From an uncultured Verrucomicrobiota bacterium (lineage in GTDB: Bacteria; Verrucomicrobiota; Verrucomicrobiia; Palsa-1439): a stretch of 61,088 bases of DNA. Made by a program: the position numbers and the translations under genes. Under the pieces are notes generated by a model. It was not told the DNA's origin and did not search any database. It saw nothing but the letters and a program-made list of their open reading frames with translations. The DNA lies in assembly GCA_964533295.1 (NCBI GenBank), contig CAZHLM010000003.1:34281-95368 (forward strand), given 5' to 3'. Numbering within the stretch: the stretch's first letter is position 1; each line of letters opens with the position of its first letter. This document shows positions 1 to 11,003 of the stretch, piece after piece.

Positions 1-2
1 CC

Positions 3-1187
3 GTCGAGCAGGCGCTCGCCGAGGCTGACCGAGAGTTGCTCGCGGCGGAGGAGGAGGTGCAACTGATCGCCGAGGCGCGGGATGGCAAAGAGTGTTTGGA
101 TCTGACCACCAAGCTGCGACCGGACGTGTTGCTGCTAAAACGGGAACTGCCGGTGATCAGCGGTTTGGACGTGGCCGAACAACTTGTCACCAACGGCTCG
201 GCAACCGCCGTTATTCTCCTGCTCACCGGCAAGGAGAACGAAGAGGTCTGGCACCGGATGTTGCGCGCCGGGATCCGACAATTCATCTCCCGCCCCTACG
301 AAGCCGGCAAACTGTCGGAGGAACTGCAAAAATGCTCCGCGGACCGCGAGCAGCCCGGTAAGAAATCGGGAGCAACCGCCCCCGCCGCTCCGAGCGGCCC
401 CGCCCATCGGGTCATCACCGTGACCGGCCCGCGCGGCGGTTGCGGCAAGAGCATCATCGCCACCAATCTGGCCGTCGCCATGGCCGGCGCCAGTGAACGG
501 ATTGCGTTGGTGGACTTGAATCTGTGGGGTGGTGATGTGGCGATGTTGCTGGACCTGACACCCCGCCGCACGTTGGGCGACCTGCTGCCGGGTTTTGGCG
601 GGATTGACAATGATGTGGTCGAAAGCGTCATCACCAAGCACGGCAGTGGCGTGTCGGTGATTGCCGCGCCGATGACGGGTCAGTTCGACGGTACGACGCT
701 GTCCCGCTACATCGTGCAGAGCATTCTCGATTCCCTGCGGGATCATTACGAATGCACGGTGGTGGATACCGGCTATGCGAATCTCGAATCCACGCTCGCG
801 GCGATGGATTCCTCGGACATCATCCTCGTGGTGGTCGGCACCGACCTGCCGCGTTTGCGCGACGGCAAACATTATTTGAAGAACCTGCTCGCCGCCAATT
901 ATCCCAAGGAAAAACTCCGGGTCGTTGTGAACCGAACCTCGGGCGGCAAGGAGATTTCGCCGAGCGAGATCGAAACCATTCTCGAGTTTCCCGTAACGGT
1001 GCGAATTCCGAACGATGACAACCTGGTCGGCTCGTCGGTCAATCTGGGGCAGCCGTTTGTGGCGGCCAGCCCGTCGAAGCCAACCTCCAAAACCGTGATT
1101 TCGCTGGCGGAGCAACTGATGCCGGCCGCTGCGGAGGCCAAGCACAAAGAACGGGCGGCATCCAAGTGGTTTTCGTTTCTGCATTAA
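3..1187 (+). CDS. cpaE: CpaE/TadZ-like pilus assembly protein (receiver-like domain + MinD/ParA-type ATPase); 5' end runs off the window
   Basis: Frame is open from base 3 (VEQALAEADRELLAAEEEV...). N-terminal receiver-like fold, then deviant Walker A GPRGGCGKS, LVDLNLWGGDV, VVDTG. Directly upstream of tadA/B/C. Confidence 0.85.
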   Translation, partial: VEQALAEADRELLAAEEEVQLIAEARDGKECLDLTTKLRPDVLLLKRELPVISGLDVAEQLVTNGSATAVILLLTGKENEEVWHRMLRAGIRQFISRPYEAGKLSEELQKCSADREQPGKKSGATAPAAPSGPAHRVITVTGPRGGCGKSIIATNLAVAMAGASERIALVDLNLWGGDVAMLLDLTPRRTLGDLLPGFGGIDNDVVESVITKHGSGVSVIAAPMTGQFDGTTLSRYIVQSILDSLRDHYECTVVDTGYANLESTLAAMDSSDIILVVVGTDLPRLRDGKHYLKNLLAANYPKEKLRVVVNRTSGGKEISPSEIETILEFPVTVRIPNDDNLVGSSVNLGQPFVAASPSKPTSKTVISLAEQLMPAAAEAKHKERAASKWFSFLH

Positions 1188-1205
1188 CGACCGGGCCGAT
1201 GCCCG

Positions 1206-2519
1206 ATGAGAAAGGCGGGAAAGCCGATGGCGCCCAATCCTGAAATCAGTTCCCAGTTGTACGTGGAATCGAAGAACGCGATTCTGGCGTACCTCGTCCA
1301 GAACATTGACCAAAAACTGTTGGAACGCGGCGATGAAGCGATGTTGCGCGCGCGCGTCGAGGAGTTGGTCGAGGAAAAACTCCGGGCGGAAAAAGTTCCC
1401 TACTCCCGCCAGATGCGAAACCGGCTGGTCTCGGACATCGCCGATGAAATTCTGGGCTTCGGCCCGATCGAACCGCTCCTGCGCGACCCGACGGTCACGG
1501 AAGTGATGGTCAACCGGTATGACCAGATCTATTGCGAACGTTTCGGCAAACTGGAATTGACCGACGTGCAGTTTCGCGACAACGAGCACATCCGCCATGT
1601 TATTGACAAGATCGTCACGCCGCTCGGCCGGCGGGTGGATGAATCCAGTCCGATGGTGGACGCGCGCTTGCCGGACGGCTCGCGCGTAAACGCGATCATC
1701 CCGCCACTGTCCTTGAACGGGCCGGTGCTGACCATCCGCAAATTCTCCGTGGACCCGTACACGGTGGAGGACTTGATCGGCTTCGGTTCGTTGACCCAGC
1801 AGATGGCGGCGTTCCTTTCCGCCTGCGTCAAAATCAAACTGAATATTCTCGTCTCCGGCGGCTCCGGCGCCGGCAAGACAACCCTGTTGAATGTCCTTTC
1901 ATCCTTCATCCCCGAAGGCGAACGAGTCGTCACGGTGGAGGATGCGGCGGAATTGAAGTTGCACCAGCCGCACGTGGTCCGTCTCGAATCGCGCCCGCCC
2001 AACATCGAAGGCAAAGGCGAGGTAAAAATCCGCGACCTGGTCCGCAACTGTCTGCGAATGCGGCCGGACCGAATCGTGGTGGGCGAAGTCCGCGGTGGCG
2101 AGGCGCTCGACATGTTGCAGGCAATGAACACCGGTCACGAAGGCTCCATTTCCACCGTCCACGCCAATACCCCGCGGGATGCGGTCGCCCGCATGGAGAC
2201 GATGGTCATGATGGCCGGCATGGATTTGCCGTCCCGCGCGATTCGCGAGCAAATCGCGGCGGCCATTCACCTCATCGTTCAGATTGGACGGTTGAGCGAC
2301 GGGAGCCGCAAAGTGCTCAGTGTGACCGAAGTGCAGGGCATGGAAGGCAACGTGGTCGTGATGCAGGACATTTTCGCCTTCCAGCAAAAGGGCATCGGCG
2401 AGGGCGGCAAGGTTCAGGGTGTCATGCAACCGACGGGCATGGTGCCGCGCTTCATGAACCGGTTTGCCGCCGCCGGGATCCACATGCCAAACGAAATCTT
2501 CCGTCGTCCCAGCAACTGA
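1206..2519 (+). CDS. tadA: CpaF/TadA pilus assembly ATPase
   Basis: Walker A GGSGAGKT, TVEDAAEL, LRMRPDRIVVGEVRG, AMNTGHEGSISTVHAN motifs. Confidence 0.95.
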   Translation: MRKAGKPMAPNPEISSQLYVESKNAILAYLVQNIDQKLLERGDEAMLRARVEELVEEKLRAEKVPYSRQMRNRLVSDIADEILGFGPIEPLLRDPTVTEVMVNRYDQIYCERFGKLELTDVQFRDNEHIRHVIDKIVTPLGRRVDESSPMVDARLPDGSRVNAIIPPLSLNGPVLTIRKFSVDPYTVEDLIGFGSLTQQMAAFLSACVKIKLNILVSGGSGAGKTTLLNVLSSFIPEGERVVTVEDAAELKLHQPHVVRLESRPPNIEGKGEVKIRDLVRNCLRMRPDRIVVGEVRGGEALDMLQAMNTGHEGSISTVHANTPRDAVARMETMVMMAGMDLPSRAIREQIAAAIHLIVQIGRLSDGSRKVLSVTEVQGMEGNVVVMQDIFAFQQKGIGEGGKVQGVMQPTGMVPRFMNRFAAAGIHMPNEIFRRPSN

Positions 2520-2527
2520 GGAACCTC

Positions 2528-3517
2528 ATGTCAGGCATCATTGTCTTTATTTTCCTGGGCGCGTTCGTGGCTGCGGCGGTGTATGGCGTTTATCAATTTA
2601 CCCGCCGCCGGCAGGTGGCGGTGGAGGACCGGGTTCGACAGTATGTCGAGATTGAGGAAGAGGCGGCGCTGGCCACGCAGGAGGAAATGCATTCGCTCAG
2701 CCCGATCGGCAAGTTCGTGCAGCTCTTTGTTGGCCGCGGTTATTTTGACCGGATCGGCGATGACCTGGCGCAGGCGGACGTGCCGATGCGACCGTCGGAA
2801 TACTTGCTGACCCGGCTGGTGCTGACCGTGGTCGGATTGGTGGTGGGATTTTATCTGTTCGGCAATCCGGTCGTCTCCGCCGTGGTGCTGGGCAGCCTGG
2901 GCTTTTTGGCTCCGCCGATTTTCGTCAAGGTTCACCAGAACAAGCGCCGCACGAAATTCGTGAAGCAACTGGCGGATGCGTTGATGCTGCTCACCAATTC
3001 GCTGCGCAGCGGATACAGTTTCCTGAAAGGCCTGGAATTGGTCGCGAAAGAGATGAGCGACCCCATCTCGAAGGAGCTGCATCGCACCCTGCGCGAGGTG
3101 AATCTGGGCGCGACCATCGAGGACGCCATGCAGAACCTCGGTCGTCGCGTCAACAGCCGCGATCTCGATATTGTCATCAGCGCCTATCTCGTCCAGAAAG
3201 AGGTCGGCGGTAATCTCACCGAGATCATGCAAAAAGTGGCCGAGACCATCCGCGAACGGCTGCGAATTCAGGGCGACATCAAGGTGCTGACGGCACAGGG
3301 CCGGCTGTCGGGTTTTTTTGTCGGCATGCTGCCGGTCATCGTGGGCTGCCTGATCTGGATGTCCAGCCCGGATTACTTCACGGTGATGTTTGGCCCGCCG
3401 CTGTTCCCCCTGTTCGGCTTTGCCGTGCCGCTGGGCTACATCCTGATCGGGGCCGCGATCATCTGGCAGTTGATCGGGGCCTATCTCATTTGGAAGATCA
3501 TCTCGATTGAGGTCTAG
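2528..3517 (+). CDS. tadB: TadB (T2SS F-family) inner-membrane pilus assembly protein
   Basis: N-terminal TM, QLADALMLLTNSLRSGYS, EVGGNLTEI, LTAQGRLS; typical TadB topology and position. Confidence 0.92.
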   Translation: MSGIIVFIFLGAFVAAAVYGVYQFTRRRQVAVEDRVRQYVEIEEEAALATQEEMHSLSPIGKFVQLFVGRGYFDRIGDDLAQADVPMRPSEYLLTRLVLTVVGLVVGFYLFGNPVVSAVVLGSLGFLAPPIFVKVHQNKRRTKFVKQLADALMLLTNSLRSGYSFLKGLELVAKEMSDPISKELHRTLREVNLGATIEDAMQNLGRRVNSRDLDIVISAYLVQKEVGGNLTEIMQKVAETIRERLRIQGDIKVLTAQGRLSGFFVGMLPVIVGCLIWMSSPDYFTVMFGPPLFPLFGFAVPLGYILIGAAIIWQLIGAYLIWKIISIEV

Positions 3518-3519
3518 CC

Positions 3520-4455
3520 ATGGTGGTGGAAATCCTACTCGTCATTCTGATTGTCGCGTTCTTCATCGTGGTCGGCTACGCGGTGTACCGCAACAGCAGC
3601 AAGTACGCGGTCACGCAACGCATTGAACAGATCAAGGATCAGCAGCCCCAGACGCAATCGGAAGAACTGCAGCAACCGTTTGTCCAGCGCGTGATCCTGC
3701 CGATTGGCGAGTCGGTTGCGCGCATGTTTCGCCGGTACACCCCGGCCGAACAGGCGGAGCGCGTCCACAAGAAACTCGTCATGGCCGGTCTGTATCCGCG
3801 CGTCACCGCCGCCCAGTTTCAGGGGCTGTGCTGGATTTCGGCGGCGGCTTTCGTCGTACTGATGGTGTTGTTGATCACGTCGCTGACCAAAGCGCCCAGC
3901 GCCGCGGTAAATTGGAGCGACCCGTTCAACATCTTGTTTCTGCTGGTCGCGTTGTTCGGCGGCTACACCTTTCCACAGTTTCTTGTCAGCCGCCAGGCAC
4001 GCACCCGCCAGCAATCCATTTTGGCCACCCTGCCCTACTCGATTGATCTGCTCTCGATCAGCGTGGAGGCGGGAATGGGGTTTGACGCCGCGGTCGGTTA
4101 CACGATGCGCAAGATCAAAGGTCCGCTGGCCGAGGAGTTTTCCAAGACCCTCAACGAAATCCGCCTCGGCAAACCGCGCCTCGACGCTCTGGAGGATTTG
4201 GGCAACCGCACCGGCGTGGATGAACTGAAAATTTTCATCACGGCGGTCGTCCACGCCAGCCGGTTGGGCGGGAGCATCACCAACACGCTGCGCGTCCAGG
4301 CCGACTCGATCCGCGTGCGACACCGACAACGCGTCCAAGAATTGGCGATGAAGGCGCCGATCAAAATGGTGTTCCCGCTGGTGCTGTTCATTTTCCCGGC
4401 CTTGTTCGTTGTGATTCTCGGCCCGGCCCTGATTTCGATCATGCGCAACCTGTAA
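3520..4455 (+). CDS. tadC: TadC (T2SS F-family) inner-membrane pilus assembly protein
   Basis: LPYSIDLLSISVEAGMGFD, AMKAPIKMVFPLVLFIFPALFVVILGPA C-terminus; follows tadB. Confidence 0.92.
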   Translation: MVVEILLVILIVAFFIVVGYAVYRNSSKYAVTQRIEQIKDQQPQTQSEELQQPFVQRVILPIGESVARMFRRYTPAEQAERVHKKLVMAGLYPRVTAAQFQGLCWISAAAFVVLMVLLITSLTKAPSAAVNWSDPFNILFLLVALFGGYTFPQFLVSRQARTRQQSILATLPYSIDLLSISVEAGMGFDAAVGYTMRKIKGPLAEEFSKTLNEIRLGKPRLDALEDLGNRTGVDELKIFITAVVHASRLGGSITNTLRVQADSIRVRHRQRVQELAMKAPIKMVFPLVLFIFPALFVVILGPALISIMRNL

Positions 4456-4463
4456 CCGTCCCC

Positions 4464-4856
4464 ATGACCCTCTATAACGTCACCCGCCAGACGACGCTGA
4501 GCGACCGCTGCCGGTTCGCCAACACCGTCTTCAAGCGGATGATTGGCCTGCTCAATCGGTCACGGCTGGAGGAAGGCGAGGGGTTGCTGATTAACCGATG
4601 TTACGGGATCCACACGTTCTTCATGCGGTTCCCGATTGACATCCTTTTCCTCGACCAGAATTACACCGTCCTGAGAGCGGTCGAATCTCTCCCGCCGTTC
4701 CGCACGAGCGTCGTCAAAAAGGCGGTCTTCGTCCTGGAGCTTCCCGCCGGAATCATCAAACGCACCGCCACACAGGAGGGCGACCAGATTCAAGTCCGCT
4801 CCACCCCGGTCGGAACGCGAACCGAGAATCAACGTCCCGCATCCGCCTCCCGGTAG
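4464..4856 (+). CDS. DUF192 family protein
   Basis: RMIGLL...GLLI...IHTFFMRFPIDILFLD...VLELPAG pattern characteristic of DUF192. Confidence 0.85.
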   Translation: MTLYNVTRQTTLSDRCRFANTVFKRMIGLLNRSRLEEGEGLLINRCYGIHTFFMRFPIDILFLDQNYTVLRAVESLPPFRTSVVKKAVFVLELPAGIIKRTATQEGDQIQVRSTPVGTRTENQRPASASR

Positions 4857-5353
4857 GTTGCGGCCAGTCGTTGATATTTTTCCGCCCAGCGCCGAATCGC
4901 CTGCCGCTCCGATTCCGCCAGGCGACTGACGACCTTTGCCGGTGACCCGTACACCAGCGAACCGCGCGGCACCGCCAACCCCTCGGTCAGCAACGCCCCC
5001 GCCCCGATGATCGACTGCGAGCCGACCGTCACTCCGTTCATCAAAATCGCGCCCATCCCGACGAGCACCTCATCGCCAATCGTACACCCGTGCAGAATGG
5101 CCGAGTGCCCCACCGTCACATAATCGCCCACGACGCACGGCCATTCGTCGGCCACGTGACACACGGCGAGATCCTGCAGGTTGCTCGCCCGGCCCACGAC
5201 CACCCGGTTAATGTCCCCGCGCAACACGGCGTTGCACCACACACTCGCGTGATCGCCCAATTCGACCGCTCCAATCACGCGCGCGCCCGCCGCCAGATAA
5301 ACTCCCACCCCCAGCCGCGGACGGACCCCGGCAAATTCGCAAATCGTGCCCAT
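4829..5353 (-). CDS. Gamma-class carbonic anhydrase family (hexapeptide repeat) protein
   Basis: Start reassigned to ATG at 5353 (MGTICEF). VWCNAVLRGD, NLQD, three His (CHV, GHS, LHG), hexapeptide repeats. Confidence 0.9.
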   Translation of the reverse strand: MGTICEFAGVRPRLGVGVYLAAGARVIGAVELGDHASVWCNAVLRGDINRVVVGRASNLQDLAVCHVADEWPCVVGDYVTVGHSAILHGCTIGDEVLVGMGAILMNGVTVGSQSIIGAGALLTEGLAVPRGSLVYGSPAKVVSRLAESERQAIRRWAEKYQRLAATYREADAGR

Positions 5354-5398
5354 CGCAGCTTGATTCTCGGCGTCCGTGTCGCAAAATGCCACCGGAAA

Positions 5399-5926
5399 AT
5401 GAATGCGCCTCCCTGGCTGATCATCCAACTGGGCGACGATCTCAACTGGTGGGTCGTCGAAACCAGCCGCGCGCGCCACGGCGACGACGCGCCGCGTGGA
5501 TTGCTCGACCCCCGCCAACTCTCCTATCTGGTCACCCAACTGGCTGACTACGCCGAGTTCGGCCTGTCCGACCAACAATTCGCCACCGGCTTCCAACTCT
5601 ACTCCGTCGCCGCCGAGCTATCCGATGGCCGACTGCGGCTCATCCGCACCGACGACAACCTGTTGGACACCGGCGCCGACCACTTTGCGCTGCCCACCGA
5701 CAACTACGAATCCTTTCTCGAAGCGCTCAGCGCCGCCCACATCCGCCGACTCAACAACCAGCACCACTTCGCGCAACCCTGCACCACCGACGAAATGTTC
5801 CGCGAACTCGACCTCCTCGACAACGACCGCTACTTCAACGCCGACCAACTCCACAGCTTCGACGAAATCAACGAGATCCTCGAATGGAACCCGGCCCAAT
5901 GGGACGATCCCTCTGCCTGCTCATGA
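5399..5926 (+). CDS. Acidic hypothetical protein (175 aa)
   Basis: Start reassigned to ATG 5399 (MNAPPWLII); fills the gap between divergent gamma-CA and the amidase, C-ending codon bias, stop overlaps next start (ATGA). No family recognised. Confidence 0.7.
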   Translation: MNAPPWLIIQLGDDLNWWVVETSRARHGDDAPRGLLDPRQLSYLVTQLADYAEFGLSDQQFATGFQLYSVAAELSDGRLRLIRTDDNLLDTGADHFALPTDNYESFLEALSAAHIRRLNNQHHFAQPCTTDEMFRELDLLDNDRYFNADQLHSFDEINEILEWNPAQWDDPSACS

Positions 5927-6987
5927 CCCTGGCTTTGCCGGCGCTGGCCGACTGGACAACGCTCGCGGCGTACCACGACCAAATTCCCCGCGCCGAATTC
6001 GACCGCTTGCTGCGCGATCTCTATTCCCCCGACCTAGCCATCACCAACCACCTCACCTACGGCCCGGACACCGTCACGCTCCACCCCACCTTCACCCTCC
6101 GCTTCACCTCGACTCCACAACCGACTCCGCCGCCCTCCCCCATCCGCACCATTTGCCTCGACCCCGGCCACATCGGCGGAGAATGGGCGCGCATGGAACA
6201 ACGCTGGTTCCAACACGGCCGCGACCGCCCCGTCCAAGAGGCCGAACTCAACCTCATTGTCGCGCGGCTGCTCAAACCGCGCCTCGAACAACTCGGCTTT
6301 ACCGTCACCCTCAGTAAAAACGATTTCCAGCCAGTTACCCCGCAAAGGCCCGAAGACTTCCGGGCCCAAGCCGAGCGCGACGTGCCGCCCAGCGACGACC
6401 TTGCCACCCGCGCCGACGCCGTCCGCCAACGCATGGAACTGCTCTTCTATCGTCACGCCGAAATCGCCGCCCGCGCCCGTCGCATCAACACCGAGATCAA
6501 ACCGGACCTTACCCTCGCCATCCATTTCAACGCCGTCCCGTGGGACGAATGTCAGAGCCTTGTCGCTGACAACCGCCTGCTCTTTTTCGTCCACGGCCAC
6601 TACCTCGCTCACGAACTAGCCGACGAATCCCAACGCTACCGGCTGTTCTACAAACTGCTGCGCGGCACGCACCGCACCGAGATGGCGGTGGCCGACGCCA
6701 TTGCCGCCGCGTTTCAAAAAGCCACCGGGCTGCCCCCCGCTGCATATCCGCTACCCGTCGGAACCACCGGCTACGTCTTCGCCCGCAACCTCGCCGCCAA
6801 CCGCCTGATTGACAGCCCGGTCGTCTATCTCGAGCCCTACTACATGAACAACCGGCTCGTGTACCACCGGCTCCAACTCGGCGATTACGACGGCAAACGA
6901 CTCGTCGAAGGTCAACTCTACCCCAGCATCTTCCGCGAATACGCCGACGCCGTGGCGACCGGCCTGGCGGCGTTCACTCCCCGATGA
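5923..6987 (+). CDS. N-acetylmuramoyl-L-alanine amidase (Amidase_3-like)
   Basis: Zn-ligand/catalytic pattern ICLDPGH, EAELNL, LAIHFNA, YLEP; short hydrophobic N-terminus from ATG 5923. Confidence 0.8.
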   Translation: MTLALPALADWTTLAAYHDQIPRAEFDRLLRDLYSPDLAITNHLTYGPDTVTLHPTFTLRFTSTPQPTPPPSPIRTICLDPGHIGGEWARMEQRWFQHGRDRPVQEAELNLIVARLLKPRLEQLGFTVTLSKNDFQPVTPQRPEDFRAQAERDVPPSDDLATRADAVRQRMELLFYRHAEIAARARRINTEIKPDLTLAIHFNAVPWDECQSLVADNRLLFFVHGHYLAHELADESQRYRLFYKLLRGTHRTEMAVADAIAAAFQKATGLPPAAYPLPVGTTGYVFARNLAANRLIDSPVVYLEPYYMNNRLVYHRLQLGDYDGKRLVEGQLYPSIFREYADAVATGLAAFTPR

Positions 6988-7390
6988 TTTTCACCAACAC
7001 CCGCTTGCGCCGTTTCCCGTCAAACTCGCCGTAGAACATCTGCTCCCACGGCCCAAAATCCAGCCGACCGTCGGTAATCGCCACCACCGTCTCCCGCCCC
7101 ATGATCGTCCGCTTCAAATGCGCATCCGCGTTGTCCTCCCCCACGTTGTGCGCGTACTGCGAATGCGGTTTTTCCGGCGCCAGTTTTTCCAACCACCGCT
7201 CGAAATCCTCGTGCAACCCGGCCTCGTTGTCGTTGATGAACACGCTGGCCGAGATGTGCATCGCATTGACCAACACCAACCCCTCGCGGACGCCGCTTTC
7301 CCGCACACACTCTTCCACCTGCGGCGTGATGTTCACAAACCCCCGCCGCACCGGCAGGTGAAACCAAAGCTCTTTGCGATAGCTTTTCAT
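6974..7390 (-). CDS. yjbQ: YjbQ/UPF0047 family protein
   Basis: Start ATG 7390 (MKSYRKEL); [34 protein letters not shown]. Confidence 0.92.
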   Translation of the reverse strand: MKSYRKELWFHLPVRRGFVNITPQVEECVRESGVREGLVLVNAMHISASVFINDNEAGLHEDFERWLEKLAPEKPHSQYAHNVGEDNADAHLKRTIMGRETVVAITDGRLDFGPWEQMFYGEFDGKRRKRVLVKIIGE

Positions 7391-7487
7391 GGCCGCGACT
7401 GTACCGGGTTTTTTCCCAAACGCCAACGCCGCCCACCCACTCGATTTTTCGTGGCTTTCTCCGTCGCTCCCCGGTAAGTTGCTGCGC

Positions 7488-7838
7488 GTGAAAATCACTT
7501 CCGTAGATCAAGTGCCCCTGGAACCGGTCACGATGCCGGGCGCGGTCGGTTGTTCGTACCGGGTGGCGGTTTCGGCGAAGGACGGCGCGCCGACGTTCGC
7601 GATGCGCTTTTTCGAGGTCGTCCCCGGTGGGCACACGCCGCTGCATCAGCATCCGTACGAGCACGAAATCTACGTAATCGAGGGCGCCGGCACGGTTTGG
7701 CGCGACGGACAGGAGACGGCCATCCGGCCCGGCGATGTGTTGTTCATCCCCGCCGACGAACGCCACCAATTCAAGAATACCGGGAACAGCGCCTTCAAGT
7801 TCATGTGCCTGATCCCGGCACAATTCCAGAAGTGCTGA
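7488..7838 (+). CDS. Cupin domain protein
   Basis: GTG start at 7488; [21 protein letters not shown] and [14 protein letters not shown] cupin motifs. Confidence 0.88.
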   Translation: MKITSVDQVPLEPVTMPGAVGCSYRVAVSAKDGAPTFAMRFFEVVPGGHTPLHQHPYEHEIYVIEGAGTVWRDGQETAIRPGDVLFIPADERHQFKNTGNSAFKFMCLIPAQFQKC

Positions 7839-7840
7839 CG

Positions 7841-8395
7841 ATGGCGCGCCTGACGCACATCATCACCCGCACGGGCGACGACGGCACCACCGGCCTCGTC
7901 GGCGGCGAACGAGTCAGCAAGGATTCCCCGCGCGTGTGGGCCTGCGGCACCGTGGATGAGTTGAACTCCGCCCTGGGCGTGGCTCGGTCACTTCTCACGG
8001 ATCAGTCGCTCACGGAACTGCTGCGCGCCGTGCAAAATGATTTGTTCAATCTCGGCGCGGAACTGGCCACCCCGCCGGGCCGGTTTTTAGACGGTATGCC
8101 GCGAATCGAAGAGCGCCACCTCCTGGAGTTGGAACAACGCGTCGCGACTTGGAACGCGGAATTGGGACCGCTGCAAGAATTCATCCTGCCCGGCGGTCAT
8201 CCCGCCGCCGCCCAGCTCCACGTGGCGCGCACCGTATGCCGCCGCGCGGAACGGTTTTGTGTCCGCCTCGCGAAAACCGAGCCGGTCGGGGAATGGGTCG
8301 TGCCGTACTTGAATCGCCTGGGTGACGCGTTGTTCACGCTGGCGCGCTGGGTCAATCACCGGGCCAACATTCCCGAGACCTGCTGGCGCAAGTAA
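7841..8395 (+). CDS. PduO-type ATP:cob(I)alamin adenosyltransferase
   Basis: IITRTGDDGTTGL, GTVDELNS, QNDLFNLGAELA, FILPGG, HVARTVCRRAER, YLNRLGD. Confidence 0.93.
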   Translation: MARLTHIITRTGDDGTTGLVGGERVSKDSPRVWACGTVDELNSALGVARSLLTDQSLTELLRAVQNDLFNLGAELATPPGRFLDGMPRIEERHLLELEQRVATWNAELGPLQEFILPGGHPAAAQLHVARTVCRRAERFCVRLAKTEPVGEWVVPYLNRLGDALFTLARWVNHRANIPETCWRK

Positions 8396-8409
8396 ACGCG
8401 GGGGCGGGC

Positions 8410-9150
8410 TTATGCGCCAACCAGTGTTTCGCCGAAGCGGACACTGAGGGCGGTGAAGATAATCTCGACGACCTGATCGAGATTGAACCGCGAGTTGTCA
8501 ATAACCAGGTCATGGTGAAACGGGTGCTTCGGGTCTTGCACGAAGAAGGTGCGCAAAAATTGTTCCCGCTGGCGCTCGGCGTCCTCCACCAGCTTGGCGG
8601 CGGTGGCGTGATCCACCTCGCGTTTGTGGGCGACCTGGGCGATGCGCCAATCCCGCGGCGCTTCCAAGCGGACATGCAGCCCGGTCTTCAAATCCTGCGT
8701 CAGCAGGTAACTGCCCCGTCCCACGAGGATCGCGTGGCCATGGATCGCCAGCGCCCGCACCACCTCGGCCAGCTTGCGAAACAACAACGTCTCGTCCACG
8801 CGCCGGTTTAGAATCGCATCGAACATCTCGCTCATCTCGTTGCGTCGCCGCCCGTCCACGGCTTCGACCACGCCGCGCTGGAGTTGCAGCTCCTGCGAAA
8901 CCTTGTCCAGCAGTTCGCGGTCGTAGGCGACCCAGGTGAAGAACGGCTGGCACCGCTCATTGAGCACCTCGCTCAACCGCAACGCCAGCGGCACCGCTTC
9001 ACAACCGAATTGCCGCGAGATGGTGACGAAGGGAGTCGTGCCCGTGGCCAGCGGCTGGCCGGACTGTCTGGCTTTCTCCCACGCATGCACGTGCGCCGTA
9101 ATCCGCGCTTGCAGATTGGCCTCGGCCCAGGCGTGCGAGAGTCGGCTCAT
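8410..9150 (-). CDS. Cytidylate kinase-like family protein
   Basis: FVTISRQFGC, YDRELL, AILVGRG, HVRLEAPRDWRI, DLVIDNS resemble the cytidylate-kinase-like family; start overlaps atpC stop. Confidence 0.75.
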   Translation of the reverse strand: MSRLSHAWAEANLQARITAHVHAWEKARQSGQPLATGTTPFVTISRQFGCEAVPLALRLSEVLNERCQPFFTWVAYDRELLDKVSQELQLQRGVVEAVDGRRRNEMSEMFDAILNRRVDETLLFRKLAEVVRALAIHGHAILVGRGSYLLTQDLKTGLHVRLEAPRDWRIAQVAHKREVDHATAAKLVEDAERQREQFLRTFFVQDPKHPFHHDLVIDNSRFNLDQVVEIIFTALSVRFGETLVGA

Positions 9151-9572
9151 TTCTCTGTCGCAGCATAGTCGGCCACCCGCAGTCGCGCAAGCGACCGTTG
9201 CAAGGCAGCCTGCGCCCGCGCGGTATCCACTGATTCGGCACGCTCCGCGAGCCGCTGTTCCGCGCGTTCTTTGGCGCGACGAGCGCGATCCTTGTCAATT
9301 TCGTGGGGCAACTCGGCGCTGCGCGTCATTAGCGACGTGCGTTCGGCCTGCACGACCAGGAAGCCGCCGCCGACCGCGATGAACTGGTCGCGGCCGTCAG
9401 GCTGACGAATCTGCAGCGGACCGGGCTTGAGCGCGAAGACGTAGGGCGCATGACCGGGCAGGATTTCAAACAGCCCTTCCTGACCGGGCGCGATCACAAA
9501 GCGCGCGTCAGTCCGCAGGAACGCTTTCTGCAGCGTCAAGATTTCAAACGGAAATGTCTTTTCGTCTGGCAT
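9147..9572 (-). CDS. atpC: ATP synthase F1 epsilon subunit
   Basis: FEILPGHAP, IAVGGGF, IDKDRARRAKERAE; last canonical atp gene. Confidence 0.95.
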   Translation of the reverse strand: MPDEKTFPFEILTLQKAFLRTDARFVIAPGQEGLFEILPGHAPYVFALKPGPLQIRQPDGRDQFIAVGGGFLVVQAERTSLMTRSAELPHEIDKDRARRAKERAEQRLAERAESVDTARAQAALQRSLARLRVADYAATEK

Positions 9573-9578
9573 CGCGGG

Positions 9579-11003
<1,425 letters not shown>

